Origin: Takakia lepidozioides
Taxonomy: Eukaryota > Plantae > Bryophyta
Assembly (NCBI GenBank): GCA_030704615.1
Contig: CM060731.1
Location: 24,800,001-24,864,000 of the forward strand
Length of the DNA: 64,000 bases
Direction: 5' to 3'
Position 1 is the stretch's first letter; the number at the start of each line of letters is the position of its first letter. The notes under the pieces are model-generated. The model saw only the letters and a program-made list of their open reading frames with translations, was not told the origin of the DNA and searched no databases. Of this stretch, positions 13,761-26,442 are shown one piece after another. A program made the translations under genes and the position numbers.

Positions 13761-14283
13761 GCTGATGATATTGCTGCTCTTTGGGATAATCCTGAAAATC
13801 TACAGGGACCGATAGATGTGTCAAGGGGTGCTTTGATGTTTAAAGATAAGAGCATAAGAAAGATAATGTGAGCAAAAACGCATTGGGCATTAGAGCAGGC
13901 ATAGTCTCCTAGCATTAAAGGGCAAGTTGACTGCCATGGAAAGTGGTTTTGAGGTGAGGAAGAGTTTCCTCTTAGAGCGATTTGGGAGCTGAATTCTCCT
14001 GGGACTGCTGCTGTTGGGCTCGCTGATGATATTACTGCTCTTTGGGATAATCCTGAAAATCTACAGGGACCGAAAGATAGTGTCAAGGGGTGCTTTGATG
14101 TTTAAAGATAAGAGCATAAGAAAGATAATGTGAACCAAAGAGCATTGAGCATTAGAGCAGGCATAGTCTCATAGCATTTAAGGGCAAGTTGAGTGCCATG
14201 GAAAGTGGTTTTGAGGTGAGGAAGAGTTTCCTCTTAGAGCGATTTGGTAGCTGAATTCTCCTGGGACTGCTGCTGTTGGGCTC
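13761..14283. repeat. Recent tandem duplication, 2 x ~261 bp
   Basis: gctgatgatatt(g/a)ctgctctttgggataatcctgaaaatctacagggaccga starts at both 13761 and 14022; the copies are near-identical throughout. Confidence 0.92.
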
Positions 14284-14825
14284 ATGTACAATTAAAATGG
14301 TGGGAGAGAAATCTGAGCACTGTCAAAGTTTTTCAACCTCAGGGAGATTATGGAAGTGTAAAGGTCCATGTTGGTCCAGTTCCTTAACCCTCCTTGAGCA
14401 TGGGTCTCTTGTGAGGGAGGGTATTTCCATGAAGACAAAGTATCTCCAAGCAGTACTGAGCGTTATTGCTCTCCTCCAGAGTGACTTTCGGCTTAGAAGG
14501 GAATTATGGGTGCCGACTTTGATCTGAAGAATATACCAGTTTGGGTATTATTTATAAATAGGTGATAATTAATCTGTGTCAGCGGGGTGTTGTCAATAAA
14601 CCTCAACCACGACTTCACCATATTTGCCCAACTACAGCTTAACTCCAAATCAAATTTTTCTATGTTTAAGCTGTCTGGAGGGTTCCTTATCTCTGAGGTG
14701 GCATCACTGTCATCTACTAGCACAAGGACTTACAGGACCACAATGGTGTGCGTGGATCTGTGGAGGTTTCCCTCTGCTGTACAAAATGCTGACAAGAGTT
14801 GCAACCCCTCCAGTCTTTGGGAATA

Positions 14826-15518
14826 CCGTAGTGGGAAGGCTGATCCGGCACTAAATAATTAGAAATGAATCTGCCTAATAATTAAGTGAAAATTTAGGCG
14901 AAATTCCAGAAACTTTACAAAAAAATGCCTAAAATCTCAAACAAACTCCAAATATCAAATCTCCAAATGCATGTTTCAAGGCATAAAGCTCTAGGAAAAT
15001 ATTTTTCTTAGCTCTGAGAAATCCTAGAATAATTGGCTGAACAATCAGTGCATTTGATGATTGATCAGATGTTCTCATGGCTCTTAACAACCCACATAAT
15101 TTGTTTTTTTTTTGTTTTTTTTTTTTTTTGAAGAAAGGGAAACACCTGGGAGCGCCAGCTCACAAATTTGGCCCCTTAGTAGTGAGAGGAGAAAATAACC
15201 TCTTTCATTTATGCGCCATGGAGGCGAATGAGTGGGACACCGCCCCGGAACCATATACCACCCGTCAGTAGCAAGATTTGACCCTAGAACCATCTGGGTG
15301 GCACTCAGTGCACTTAACCATCTAAGCTACTGACTGTTGGTACATAATGGTACAGTAGATAGAGCAAGTTCATGCAGGGAGTCACCGCCGAATTACTTAA
15401 AATCTCATCGTGGCATTGCCGTAAAATCTAGAAATTTCCTTAAGTTGTGCCGAAGTGTTTTGTTGTAAAGAAAATAAATATTCGGCACTTCACTGCCGGA
15501 TCAGCCTTCCCACTACGG
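14826..15518. mobile_element. MITE with perfect 25-bp TIRs and TA TSD (Tc1/mariner-type)
   Basis: TA|CCGTAGTGGGAAGGCTGATCCGGCA (14826-14850) ... TGCCGGATCAGCCTTCCCACTACGG|TA (15494-15518); no coding capacity. Confidence 0.9.
15101..15341 (-). mobile_element. tRNA-derived SINE nested inside the MITE
   Basis: Minus strand has an A-box-like TAGCTTAGATGG, a B-box-like GGGTCAAATCT and a poly(A) tail (T-run 15101-15129). TSD ACATAAT at 15094-15100 and 15342-15348. Confidence 0.82.
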
Positions 15519-16424
15519 TAGGCTCAAACAACAGGAATTCCGCAGTCATGTTGTGCTCACTGAAACTTCAGGACCGCTGAGCCACTAAATCTCCTTTTCT
15601 ACCTTAAGCTGCACTTCCAATCAGAACAGCTTTCCTGCTCCCACTGGGCTTGCATATAGCCCACAAGCTGCATATCCTAAGACAGTAGAGGTTAAGAGCA
15701 CCCTAACCAAACACAAGGAATTTCTCATCAAAAGACTGGAATCATCCAGATCAACATTGAACCAGATTACCAAAATTTATTAACTCTTGTGTTGTGTAAT
15801 TGCTGGTCTGGAGTGCTCCATACATAGCAGCAGTGTGAGATTGTGATCATGGCAAAGAACAAAATATGGTCAACCTGTTCAACCCACCCCCTCGCTACAC
15901 AGACCCATGTATGTGTGAAAATTGCACAATTCAATTGAATCACCCTTGCAATTCAGTTGAATGGTGCACTTTTAGTCCATGATAAATTGAATTGTGATGC
16001 ATTTCAAATCAGTGCCTTTTTTTGGCATTCCCTACCCAGCCCCTGATTCCCGTCCCATAATTCTTTTCTTTGTGACTCGCATATGAACTCTTGATAATAC
16101 GGAATGCATGCAACGCAATTCTGGGAATACGGGAATGCAAGGAGTCGGTGGCCGGTTGTTGATAGGTAGGTGTAACTTAGTACTTCCCGGAGATGCAGGA
16201 ATCCGTTGCGCTATTAAAATCATGGGGCAGGTTTTATAGTACAATGGGTTTCCAGGGCTGGGCTTGCCCTTCACTGCCTCAGTTTGTCTCCCTCATGGCT
16301 TGTTGGAGGTTTTGATTGTTTTCCCTTCCACTAATCCCAAATATAGTTGCCATTACGCAGGATGGGATAAAAATAGATAATAGAAAGGTGAGGGCAATCG
16401 TGGACTGGAACCTCCAACTTCGGT

Positions 16425-16735
16425 CCCGGGAGTTTGGTCATTTTTAGGACTCCCTTCTACTATCGAAAGTATTTGGGGAATTTCGCCAAAATTGCAGGGG
16501 CCGCTATCAGACCTCTTATGCAAGTCCAAGGTCTTGGTCTGGAACACCTTTTGTGGCCAAGCATTTGTGCAGCGGATGACGGAAGCTCAAGTCTTGAAGA
16601 TCCTGAAGTTCCACCGTCTATTTGAGATTCACACAGACGCGTCAGACTTCGCAATTGGGGGTGTTCTCATGCAAAATGGGCGTCAGTGGCTTACAAAAGT
16701 AAGAAATTGAACGACATTGAACGGAGATGGCCTAC
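16425..16735 (+). mobile_element. Decayed Ty3/gypsy RT-RNase H fragment
   Basis: PLSDLL..K...W...C.QAF and FEIHTDASDFAIGGVLMQNGR, with frameshifts. Confidence 0.85.
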
Positions 16736-17735
16736 GGTCACTGGTTAGCACTTTCCGTAGTTAAGTCCGATCTAGATGGTGTTCCTGAAGAAATTTATTA
16801 TGATTTTAGAACAATCTGGCACTTTGTAGACTATTTTTCCGATTTCATGGATGTTACATACCGACCCTTTCCTGTGTTGGTTGCTAGCTTTCATTTGAGC
16901 CATAGTGATGTATTTTCAGTATCCTGCATAAGAACGTCACACTAACTAGGTAATCGATTATCAAAGCCCTCATTTTTGAGATTGTGTCATCGTTCAAGAA
17001 TCACTGAAATGGCTTGAGCTGATTTTTAAGATATTGTAAAAAAATAGAGTTCATTATTTTCTATATTTCTGCAAGAACTTACGCGACCCGATTGGGGACA
17101 GGAGACCCTTTGATGTTGTTAAGAGAGCAAGGGAAAAATAACCTTTGCGAAGCCATGCCGACTCCACAAAAGGCATTACAATAGGGATCACCCTGAATAG
17201 ATTATGCATGTATTTCTTTTTTCTTTATAGTACTCCGTTCCTGGCATTAAGTTTCTTGTGGAAACTGAAATCCCAAAAAAAATAAAAAAATCCCAACTAC
17301 AAATACTACAAATAAAACCATTAATAATTAGTTATTTGAATAATGTTTGCCTCAAATTCTATGAGAATAATGACAAACCCCCACTAGGCTTCCTTTGATT
17401 GGTTGTCTTCTGTAGAAGAGAGACTAGGCATCATGTTAAGTCAAGGGAGAAATAGTAAGTTAAGGGAGAGTAGTAATAAGGGGAAGACTCGGCAATAGAA
17501 GCCCTTGACACGGTGTTAGAAGGTCCTTTGACCAAGATGTTTTGGAAAAGCAAGAGAGCCCATTGCCGTGTGAGGCTTGTTAAGAAAGTGTGCTAAAAAA
17601 AAACAAAAGGCCCGAAATGGAGTGTTCCAGAGGCCCGACGGATCCGGACTGTGACTGTGGTCGTTCCTCTCCGCGCGGAGCGGGGCGGCAGCTCTGCAGC
17701 GATGGTGCCCCATTCCCACACCCTCGTCTCCACCC

Positions 17736-19184
17736 ATGGCTGCTGCTCCGCCCGCCTGGCGCCCCTTGAAGCTCCCCTTGCTGTTGCTGCTGCTGGCTCT
17801 TCTCTGCATTTTGGGGTTCTCCTCGTCCAGCGATGTTTCTGCTAGCCGACCTTATCCCGATCCAGGTATTTCCAATGATATGTTTTGTCGTGCACACTTC
17901 ATCGAGTTCTCTTCCCTGCCCTCCCACCCTCGCCTTCTCCCTCAGCATAAAACAAATCTTCCTTCTGTGCATGTTGGTGGGTTTCTCTTTGTAGTTCTCT
18001 AGTAATCCTGTAGGTATATTTAATCCCCGTTCTCGTTTTTTGTTTGTCTCTCGATCACAATCGTGCACACACTCCAAGCCGCACACACAGGCTCTTACAG
18101 AAGTTTCTGTGCGGCCTTGAGAGACTATGATCAGCTAGACGCGGATCATAGAACCTGCTGTCAAGTGGGTCGAGAATCAGGATAGCCTACAGAAGACCTA
18201 GAAGTTTTCTAGATATTGGGCGCTTTGGTGTAGCAAACTACGAAGTCCACGGAGATTCACGTCTCGTTGAACTTAAACTGTCGATATATATGCCTGCAAT
18301 CGATTTGTGGAATGAAAGCCAGCTCACATAAGTAGAAGTGTGCCTGGATATCGTAGCTTCACGCTTCCCGATCAGACAACTTCTTGAGGTCGAGATTTAG
18401 GTAGATGTGTGGAGCTGCGATTGTCTGATGCCCTGAGGCAACTCAAGTCACCACTGCATATTAATCATCGGAACCCCAGCTTACAGATGCGCTGTGCAAA
18501 AGCCACTGGTCAATTAGTTTCGTAGGACCTGCTGAGTTGAGTTGTGTTATCACTGTGGCTTCGACAACCAAGAATCCGATACAGAAAATCAACTGACTGC
18601 CTGCCTTATACTCGCTCTCATGGTGTACTGCAGACGCAGGCGTAGCCTCGGCGCTTCTTCCTGAGGATAGCCTCGCTGTTGAGGATGTGGTATGTGACAT
18701 TATACAAGCTATTTTCTGGGTCTGCTCGGGGGTGTTTACTGGAATGTGCGTGCGTGTGTTTGGATTTCATCTGTCTTTGTCTCGTGCGTGTGAGTGTCGT
18801 GTGTGTGTGTGAGAGGGCGAGAGAGAACAAAAAAAGCTCTAGGTCGATTAAGAGGTATTTAAATAGAGCAGATCAGGCGTCTGTGTAACGTCGTTGTACC
18901 GAGCTCGGGACAGTCCATTTTCGTAGGAAATCGAAGTGCAAACACGAGGCCTGCCATTTTTGGTGAACAGACCAAGGTATGACGCAGAAATGTGCCATGG
19001 ATTAGTGCAGGAAGAGGAAGCGGTGGGAGGGAGTACGCATCAAGCAGCAGTATTGGGGAGAGTGGCAAGCTCCCAGGAATGGGACCGCACAGAAGATCGG
19101 GAGCTAAGATCGGTCAACGATTACGCCTGCACAGGTGCTAACAATAAGCACGATCCCACCGCAGACTGTCCACCGGGGTTGTAG
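17736..19184 (+). CDS. PSY: PSY-like (sulfated-tyrosine peptide) precursor, 3 exons
   Basis: Exon 17736-17865 encodes a signal peptide (LPLLLLLLALLCILGFSSSSDVSA). Exon 18634-18689 (phase 1 to 0) and exon 19011-19184 follow, ending RELRSVNDYACTGANNKHDPTADCPPGL*, which matches the PSY pattern DY-x4-AN-x2-HDP. Confidence 0.78.
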
Positions 19185-20610
19185 GCGTGCTGCATGAAGA
19201 GGGGATTTCGATGGAGCTGATGCTGGAAGGGTACATATGACCGTGTGAGCATCAGCTCAGAGTGCAGTGCACGGCCCACTTACATGCAGCCCCATCTGAC
19301 ATCACTCGTGGGAAATAAAAAGCCAAGGCAGACGACAGTTGTGTGTTGGGATTGTTGTAGACTGGTACTTTGCAGACCAGTTTACCATAAAGTTGTCTCG
19401 TGTCATAAACTCAGTGCAGACCGTCTCGCATCTCTCCTTAAATGTTTGCAGAGTCGCATCGGTCAAAGCAGCCACTTAGTGAGCTTCCCTGCTGAGCTGC
19501 TCGATCATCTCATCAAAACTGAACTCTCGAGTCTAGTCTAGGCAGGCTTTACTATTTGATGAACCTTATGTGGAAGGATGGATTCGTCTTAAGCCAGATG
19601 CTCTTCTGTTGGTAATGGGCTCCAGACCTGGAAGTACCCATGTATATTTAAATCAGGCTTGTTTGTGCTGTCATGGATGAAAAGAAGGTGGTGATTGAAG
19701 TTAGTGCTGGCCTAATTCTGGTCCGGCTACCTTGTCTTATGCCAACAGTAACAAGTTTGGACACCTGGCAGCTGATGTGTGATGGAGAAATACTGTAATC
19801 GGTGCAGCCAGTAAGGGTTGGCCACTTGGCTGTTTAGATTAGCTCTTTATTTTATATATAGTCTATGCCATATGGGGAGCTTGGGCTTAGGCAATGTGAT
19901 ATGGTGTCACCCTTGGATGCAATGTACTATGTTGGATGTGAAAGTGATGATGCTCCTAGGTGCTGCGTGATTGGTTTTGTGACTGACATCCTTTGTGAGA
20001 GATCCTCCCCATCTAGCCTAGCTTGCTCTAAGCGTTACATTCCCCGTTATACCCAAGAGCTGGTAGAGGAAGGTGGAGTATCCCTGGTAGAAATAGTTGG
20101 TGGACATGGAGGTTTGTTGCATGTTAGTTGGAGGAGTGACGTTAGGCTTGGGAAGAGGGTACAAAGCAACATGGTGACGCAGAGTACAGTATGTGAGTGT
20201 CTGTTTGATCCTTGCAGCAGATTGCAAATACGATTATAAGTATCCTCCCATCTGATGGTTTTGGCTTTCTGGCCTTCTTTCTGTTTTTTTGCAGCACATC
20301 TGATCATGCCAGGTCACTGCTGTAAACCAATTCTTGCCAGTGACCTGGTGAAGGGTCCAGGAAATAGTGAAGGTTTAAGTGTCATAATGTTGGCTTTACC
20401 CACATAATTTCTGTACAAGACCAAACGATATTGTCTTTATTTCCTAATCGGGACGTTGACTTTGGACGAAAAATGAGATTACACGTCGTGTTGACTGTTT
20501 CGTCGCCCCGCAAAACTCGATGGACGAAAACCATGGATGGAGCAGTATGGCGTCCATGTGATTGACGTGGACTGGGTCCCGCAGCGGTGAGGAGCGCGTT
20601 GCGAAGAAAG

Positions 20611-20618
20611 TATATAAA
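20611..20618 (+). promoter_or_regulatory. TATA box candidate for the dirigent-like gene
   Basis: TATATAAA ~195 bp upstream of ATG 20806. Confidence 0.5.
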
Positions 20619-20805
20619 CACCGCCGATGGAGGAAGAACGCATTCACACAATTTGAGCTTTCAGCGAGACATTCAAAAGAGAAAGACAGAAAGAAAGTTT
20701 GTCCAGAAAGACAGAGGGAAAGAGAGAATTGTTACGTCCACCGGAGGGCTTTCGAAGAGAGAGAGAGGAGGAGAGGAAGTTGTACTGGAAATCAGCTTAA
20801 GAACA

Positions 20806-21342
20806 ATGGCTGCCTCGAGCTCGCTAGTGGCACTACTCGGAAGCTTTCTGGTAATTGTAACGCTAGCTGCTCTGCCTGTGCAGGTGATGTCAGTGCGTAG
20901 CTACCGAGCCAAGGGAAAACCTAGGTCGTGGACTTGGTATCAATACGAAACATTCGGCTCAGGAACATTGAATGACGGAATTGGACCGATCACAAACAAC
21001 ACGTTGGGTGTGGTCGAAATTCTGGAGGAGAGAATGACACAGACTGCAGAACCGAATTCAACCTACTACGGTCGAAGTATCGGGAATACAGCTTATCACT
21101 ACCACCCAGACAACAGCATCCATGTCCAGCTCGCCCTCTCCAATTATGTGGTCAGTCCTTACAAAGGGAGCTTCACCCTGCAGGGTCTTGTCAACACTAG
21201 TGCACCATCAAGCACGCTTGTCATCACTGGGGGCACTGGCTTCTTCACGCTGGTCAGAGGATATGCCACCACCACCAGCGTCACCTTCGGACCCGGGAAG
21301 GTTGTGGTAAACAAGTGGGTGGCTACATTCTATTGGTTCTAG
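20806..21342 (+). CDS. Dirigent-like secreted protein, single exon, 178 aa
   Basis: Signal peptide; YGRSIG, YKGSFTLQG and LVITGGTGFFTLVRGYA motifs. True start is more likely ATG 20806 (MAASSS) than the GTG start in the ORF track. Confidence 0.85.
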   Translation: MAASSSLVALLGSFLVIVTLAALPVQVMSVRSYRAKGKPRSWTWYQYETFGSGTLNDGIGPITNNTLGVVEILEERMTQTAEPNSTYYGRSIGNTAYHYHPDNSIHVQLALSNYVVSPYKGSFTLQGLVNTSAPSSTLVITGGTGFFTLVRGYATTTSVTFGPGKVVVNKWVATFYWF

Positions 21343-22321
21343 ACACTCTCCATTCTTTAATCAGTCTGGCCAAACAGAGTGGACCGGTTCATGGGAAACC
21401 TGTTTCTTGCTTGAGGGCCAAATACTTGCTTGTAACCTACACTCTGAGTTTTCAATTTGTACTGGAAGCCAAATGGAAGACAGTGAGAAGTCCTATCAAC
21501 TTCTTCTTACACAACAGGGCTGACCTGTGGGTCATCTGTGCCTCTGCCTTCAGGCTGGGGCTCTGCCCCTGTAATGCCTCCATGCCATATGTTCCCCAGC
21601 AGCTGGGGCTGATGTGATGTTTCCTTGGAAACAAAAAATAAAAATAAAACCAAAATATGCTATTTTAGTTTTTAAATGTTTTCTTCTTCTTGTCTTTTTT
21701 CCATTTTCATTTTTTTTCATTTTTTGTTTCCTTTTCCTCCTTTTTTGAACGATCTAATGCAAACACATGTCAGTTATTTGTCATGTCTCCACCAATGAAA
21801 ATCTGTCCCCTTTTGTCGAGTTAAAAACAAGCTGTAAACTGTGAGGCTTTGCAGCAAAACTGAGGTGTGGCTACTGTTCTGAATAGTTTTACTAACTTAT
21901 CTGATGTTATTCCAGTGACTACCCTTAGGTCGTAGCCGGTTTAGCGTAGAGGACCATAAGGTCCAGTAGTTGTCCTAGTTTTTTTTCGCAGCCGACATGA
22001 TAATTCCAAATAAACACAACACGGATTTGTTATGTAGTCTCTTGGATAGAGCATTTCTCCGACAAACAAATAATTCCCGTAGCATGTTACAGGCGCTGGA
22101 AGTTTGAAGAATGCCACTCCAGTGACTAGGATGGGTTGCAACCCTACACGATGATCAGCTTGGCCCATCTTTGATCTGCTACCAACACCTATACAGTGTG
22201 ATTTCAAGCATAAGATAGATGAACAAGAATTATGCATGCTTCACACCACCCGTTATCTATTGTGGAAGTAGTTAAAACAGATTGAAGCTACCGCAATTGT
22301 TTTGGCCCTAAAATATATTGT

Positions 22322-24615
22322 GATTCACACTGGCCATAGTTTTTGGCCCAAAGTTGGATTAATACGAAATTTTTAGGACTCCCACATTTGGGTGTTCACA
22401 CTGGGGTTAGGAGTTAGGACCAATTTACTCATTTTTATCTTTTTCACCTGTTTCTGCATCGCGGAGGTTTTCTTGGTTGCTCCCTCGAGGCCTATCGCGA
22501 TACATATTGTTTTCTTCATCAATCTGTTGTGGTTGGATTATTCAAGCGATTTGAGACATGGGTACTGAAGATCTTCCTCTGCCACCACATTTTTGCCTCT
22601 TGTTCACGCTCGCCCTCTACGAAACACAAAAGATGGTTTTTCGGCCCTGTGAAGATGATTTCTCTTTCCCTGTCCGTGGTTTCTTCCTACTGATGAGCAA
22701 GAATGTACATCTACATGCGTGCCAGCTGCAACAGTTGTTGCACAGGATGTAATGCTAAACACTTTCAGCCTCAACATGGATATGTTTTGTTTCTTGAGTG
22801 AGGATTTGGGACATTGGGTGAAACCGAGGTCAACAACGTGGTTCTCACAATTTGTGATAGGATAGTTTGATGACCATCGCTGGATAGAGAATTTTAGAAT
22901 GTCGCAATTGACATTTTTTCAACTTGTTGAGAATCTACAAGCATCCATAGAAAAGCAGAATACGCATTGGCGCCTAGCAGTTCCAGTGGAAGTCAGAGTG
23001 GCATGTGTGCTTTACAAACTAGCACATGGTGCCACCTATCTCCTATGCTCGGAGCTTTTTGCTGTAGGAAGATCTACTATCTGTCTTTGCATGAGAGAGG
23101 TAGTGACAGCCCTCAATGATGTATTCAGAGGTGCAATCCGATGGCCTTTTGGGGAAGAGCTCAGGACAAGCATGGAAGGGTTTCGTGATTACTGTGGGTT
23201 GCCTGCAGTGGTGGGTGCCATGGATGGTTCTCATGTCACTATCCAGAAACCTCGTGGGCTTCATGCAATGGACTATTTCAGTAAACAAAAGTTCCATTAT
23301 GTGCAGATGCAAGTAGTGGTGGATTATAGGCGCAAATTCATTGATGTTTTTGTTGGCATGCCTGGATTTGTAAATGATAGCCATATGCTAAGACAATCTT
23401 CCTTTTACCAAAAGGCACAACACGAAGGCTTATTCAACCGGCAGCAAGGAGAAGGAGGGGTTCTCACCCTACTTGTTTGCTCACAAATGATATCCTTTGT
23501 TGTCTTGGCTCATGACCCCTGTTCGAGATGGGAGGCCACACACAGTACTGGAAAACCTTTACAACATGCATCACTGTAGTGGTAGGTCCGTGGTAGAGCA
23601 TGCCTTTGGAGTGCTGAAAAAAACATTCAGAGAGCTATTCCACATAATCTCTCTTGATGTGACATTTGTCCCAGATGTGGTGGTGGCGTGTTGCATCTTG
23701 CAGAATCTTTTGCTTGAAGGTCAATATGTGGACATTGAAATTTTACCCAAGTGATTGAACAGGAGGATAGGAATGTGATGCAGTGAAGACGAAAACAACT
23801 TGTTGTGAAAAATCAGGTTTCTGAGGCTGGTCATGTAGATCTAGGTGATAATGACAATGATCTACTCGAAGGAAATGAGGTTTCAGGAGCACATTTGCGG
23901 AGAGAGCTATCTTGGAATGAATCAACGCATCAACTGAAATCCAGGTCATATCTCTCTATTTAATGTTTACAGCAATTTTGGTTCCACTTGTAACCACTAA
24001 ACCAGAGTAGTGTATTGATGTCACATGCAGCTCTGAAATCATCTATGTATGTACATAATATTGGCTAGCATCTTTCCAAAAAATGTGATCTTTTGTTACA
24101 AAGTAATCACAATGAACATCTGATTTTATGTCACAGCATGTCAATGTATATGGAGAAGTGGTGCTACATTGATATTGAAGGCAAGCTTCTGTCAGGTTAC
24201 AGTCACTTTCCATTCTCCTTGTCTTTGTTCTTTGCGAAGACCTCGCACATCTTGGACAAGACATTGACCATGTTGCGTTATTCTACTAGAGTAACCTCAT
24301 CTCGTTTCATTAGGTAATTGAGCCATGCTTTCTCCATCTCTCGGTGCAGCAGTCGCATATCCTCAATGGTCTTGGCAGCCTCAATTCGTCTTGCTTCAAT
24401 TTCCATAGTTGCATTCTTGGTTTCCATTTGCACCACCGTTTGCTTCACCATGGCCTCAACTATGGAGGTATTTCCTTTGGTCAGAGCGTCTACCATGGGG
24501 TTGAGACCACGTTGTCACTTCCGCTTAACACCAGTGTTTGCAGGTCGCCTTCCTCCAGTTGGGGCTGAAAGTTCAACTGTAGGGGAGCTAGGACGTGATA
24601 CATGTTCCGCTTGAA
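22322..24615. mobile_element. Decayed PIF/Harbinger element: transposase (+) and convergent remnant of the second ORF (-)
   Basis: Transposase ~22800-23754 (FRMSQLTF, GAMDGSHVTI, GFVNDSHMLRQS, RSVVEHAFGVLK, ACCILQNLL) with frameshifts. Coiled-coil ORF remnant at ~24150-24615(-). Terminal-like repeats GATTCACACTGG (22322) and GTTCACACTGG (22394). Right TIR not found. Confidence 0.82.
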
Positions 24616-24619
24616 AGAT

Positions 24620-25042
24620 TCACAAAATTTTGAGCAATATTGTGGGAGCTGACTGCTCATCATCAGGGTTAGCAATTCTGAGTGTTTCCTCAATTGCAGC
24701 TCCTTTCTTCTCCCAAAACGTCATTTCACTAGCATCTTGCTCCAATATCTTAACCAATTTATCGCTGTATTCATTGAGTCTTACAAGGTAACTGCCTTTT
24801 CTGTTTGCACATATTCCAAGTGCTACCCAATCCTCCAGGGCTAGTGTCTCAAGCAATAGGACAGGATTTTCATCACCTGAATCATTAATAGCTGCAGAGT
24901 CCAGCATTTGCACTGTAGAATGAAAATCACTTGGAGTGATTTGTGTGAGGGTAGCTTGTACAGCAGGAATCGGAGGGGGAAGAGGGGATTGGTATCCCAA
25001 TGCCTTGAGGTCATTACTCCATTCAGGAACATGCTTGGTCAC
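24620..25042 (-). pseudogene. Unidentified exon-like host-gene remnant abutting the truncated Harbinger
   Basis: 140-codon open frame beginning at an AG acceptor with protein-like composition; no family recognised. Confidence 0.3.
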
Positions 25043-26442
25043 CTTCTGCCATAAAAATGAAGTCAGTGCATCATAAACAGATCTGGAAAATGAAGGGAGT
25101 AAGACTGATAACGTGTACAGACACCACTAAGTACATTGGTCAAGCGAAAGAGAGGGAAGATACTATGTCTTGTCGGGACATGGACAGGACCAAACATGGT
25201 CAATGTCAATTTTTACGACAAATCAACCTCATGAAGAGGCATTATCAGTCAAACTCCATTTCTAATCAGATCTTATGATGACCTCCATTACATTTCAAAG
25301 ACAAAGAATCTACCTGGTAGATTTCAATGACAAGAAAATGCGGGTGGGAGGGTGGGATTACTTAGAAGATCCCCTCCTTATAATAATCCGGCTTTATATT
25401 CTAAGGAACAGTATGCTAAACAAGTGTTCAGCCTGTTTTTATGCCTGTTTTAGAATTATAAGCTATGGGTGGCATCTAAGCAAACAATTAAATGTTTACC
25501 TATATCATGCAATAGTACTGCTCATCTGGAACCCAAAAGTTCCAGCTATTTTCCATTAATCACACAACCGGGATATTAAATCATCTGGTTACTTGACAAG
25601 ATAACCAGTTTTTTAATAACAAAAACCCAGAGCTTATCTGCTACATTTTTAGAACTTCTTGTAATCATGACACAGATTCAAAACTCATTGCATTGTTCAG
25701 TAAGCTTGATTTCCCATAACTGCTTTCTACTGCAGTGTTCTGTATCAGAATATGCCATAGCTAGCAAAAAACATAGCTATCTTTTTTGTAACATAAAATC
25801 CAGAGCCATGTTGTAGGTTAATCAGTCTTTGATTACCAAGCAACAACAGGGGCTTCTCTTTAAAACAACCAGACCTGGTTTATGTTTGGGGTCATTATGT
25901 TACAACCTTGACAAGGTGTTTGCACAAACACAACTGTATACAATCTGTAATTACAGAGTGACATGAAGAGGTAGCAGTTTACTTACCTTAGCAGATTGTA
26001 TGCAAGGTAAGAAGGAAAGGGGGTTCAGACATCCACAGAGGTTCCATATATTGAGCATATAAAGGCATACAGGGCTCAGTATAAACCATATGCAAGCTCT
26101 GGCCTCTCCCCTACCGTGTTGCTTGAAAGTGTACATATCAGAGTAGCAAATCGTGCTCTAGGCATGAAAAAAGAGCATATATTTGGTCTGGAAGCCCTAC
26201 TTCCAGTACCATATTTCAATGCAGCGGAAATCATAACCCAGAGTCCTTAATAGAATTCATGTGTTCTAAAAAGGCTCGCTAATGCACTTGCTGCTTCAAC
26301 ACATAGATAAAAGTTGTAAGCATATCCAGATTGGTCATGTAGTGAGGCAAAAATGAGACATCTCCCTGGATAATCAGCTGATGTCGATGTCACTTCACTT
26401 GCAGGTTTGTCATCAGATTCAAGCTTCAAAAATCACATTAAG

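Noticed and set aside
15250-15341. tRNA gene
   Set aside because: No full cloverleaf; the poly(A) tail and TSD show it is a SINE head.
18091-18185. Alternative second exon giving a 74-aa Cys-containing secreted peptide
   Set aside because: It is phase-compatible, but the three-exon model reaching the PSY motif is better supported; it could only be a minor isoform.
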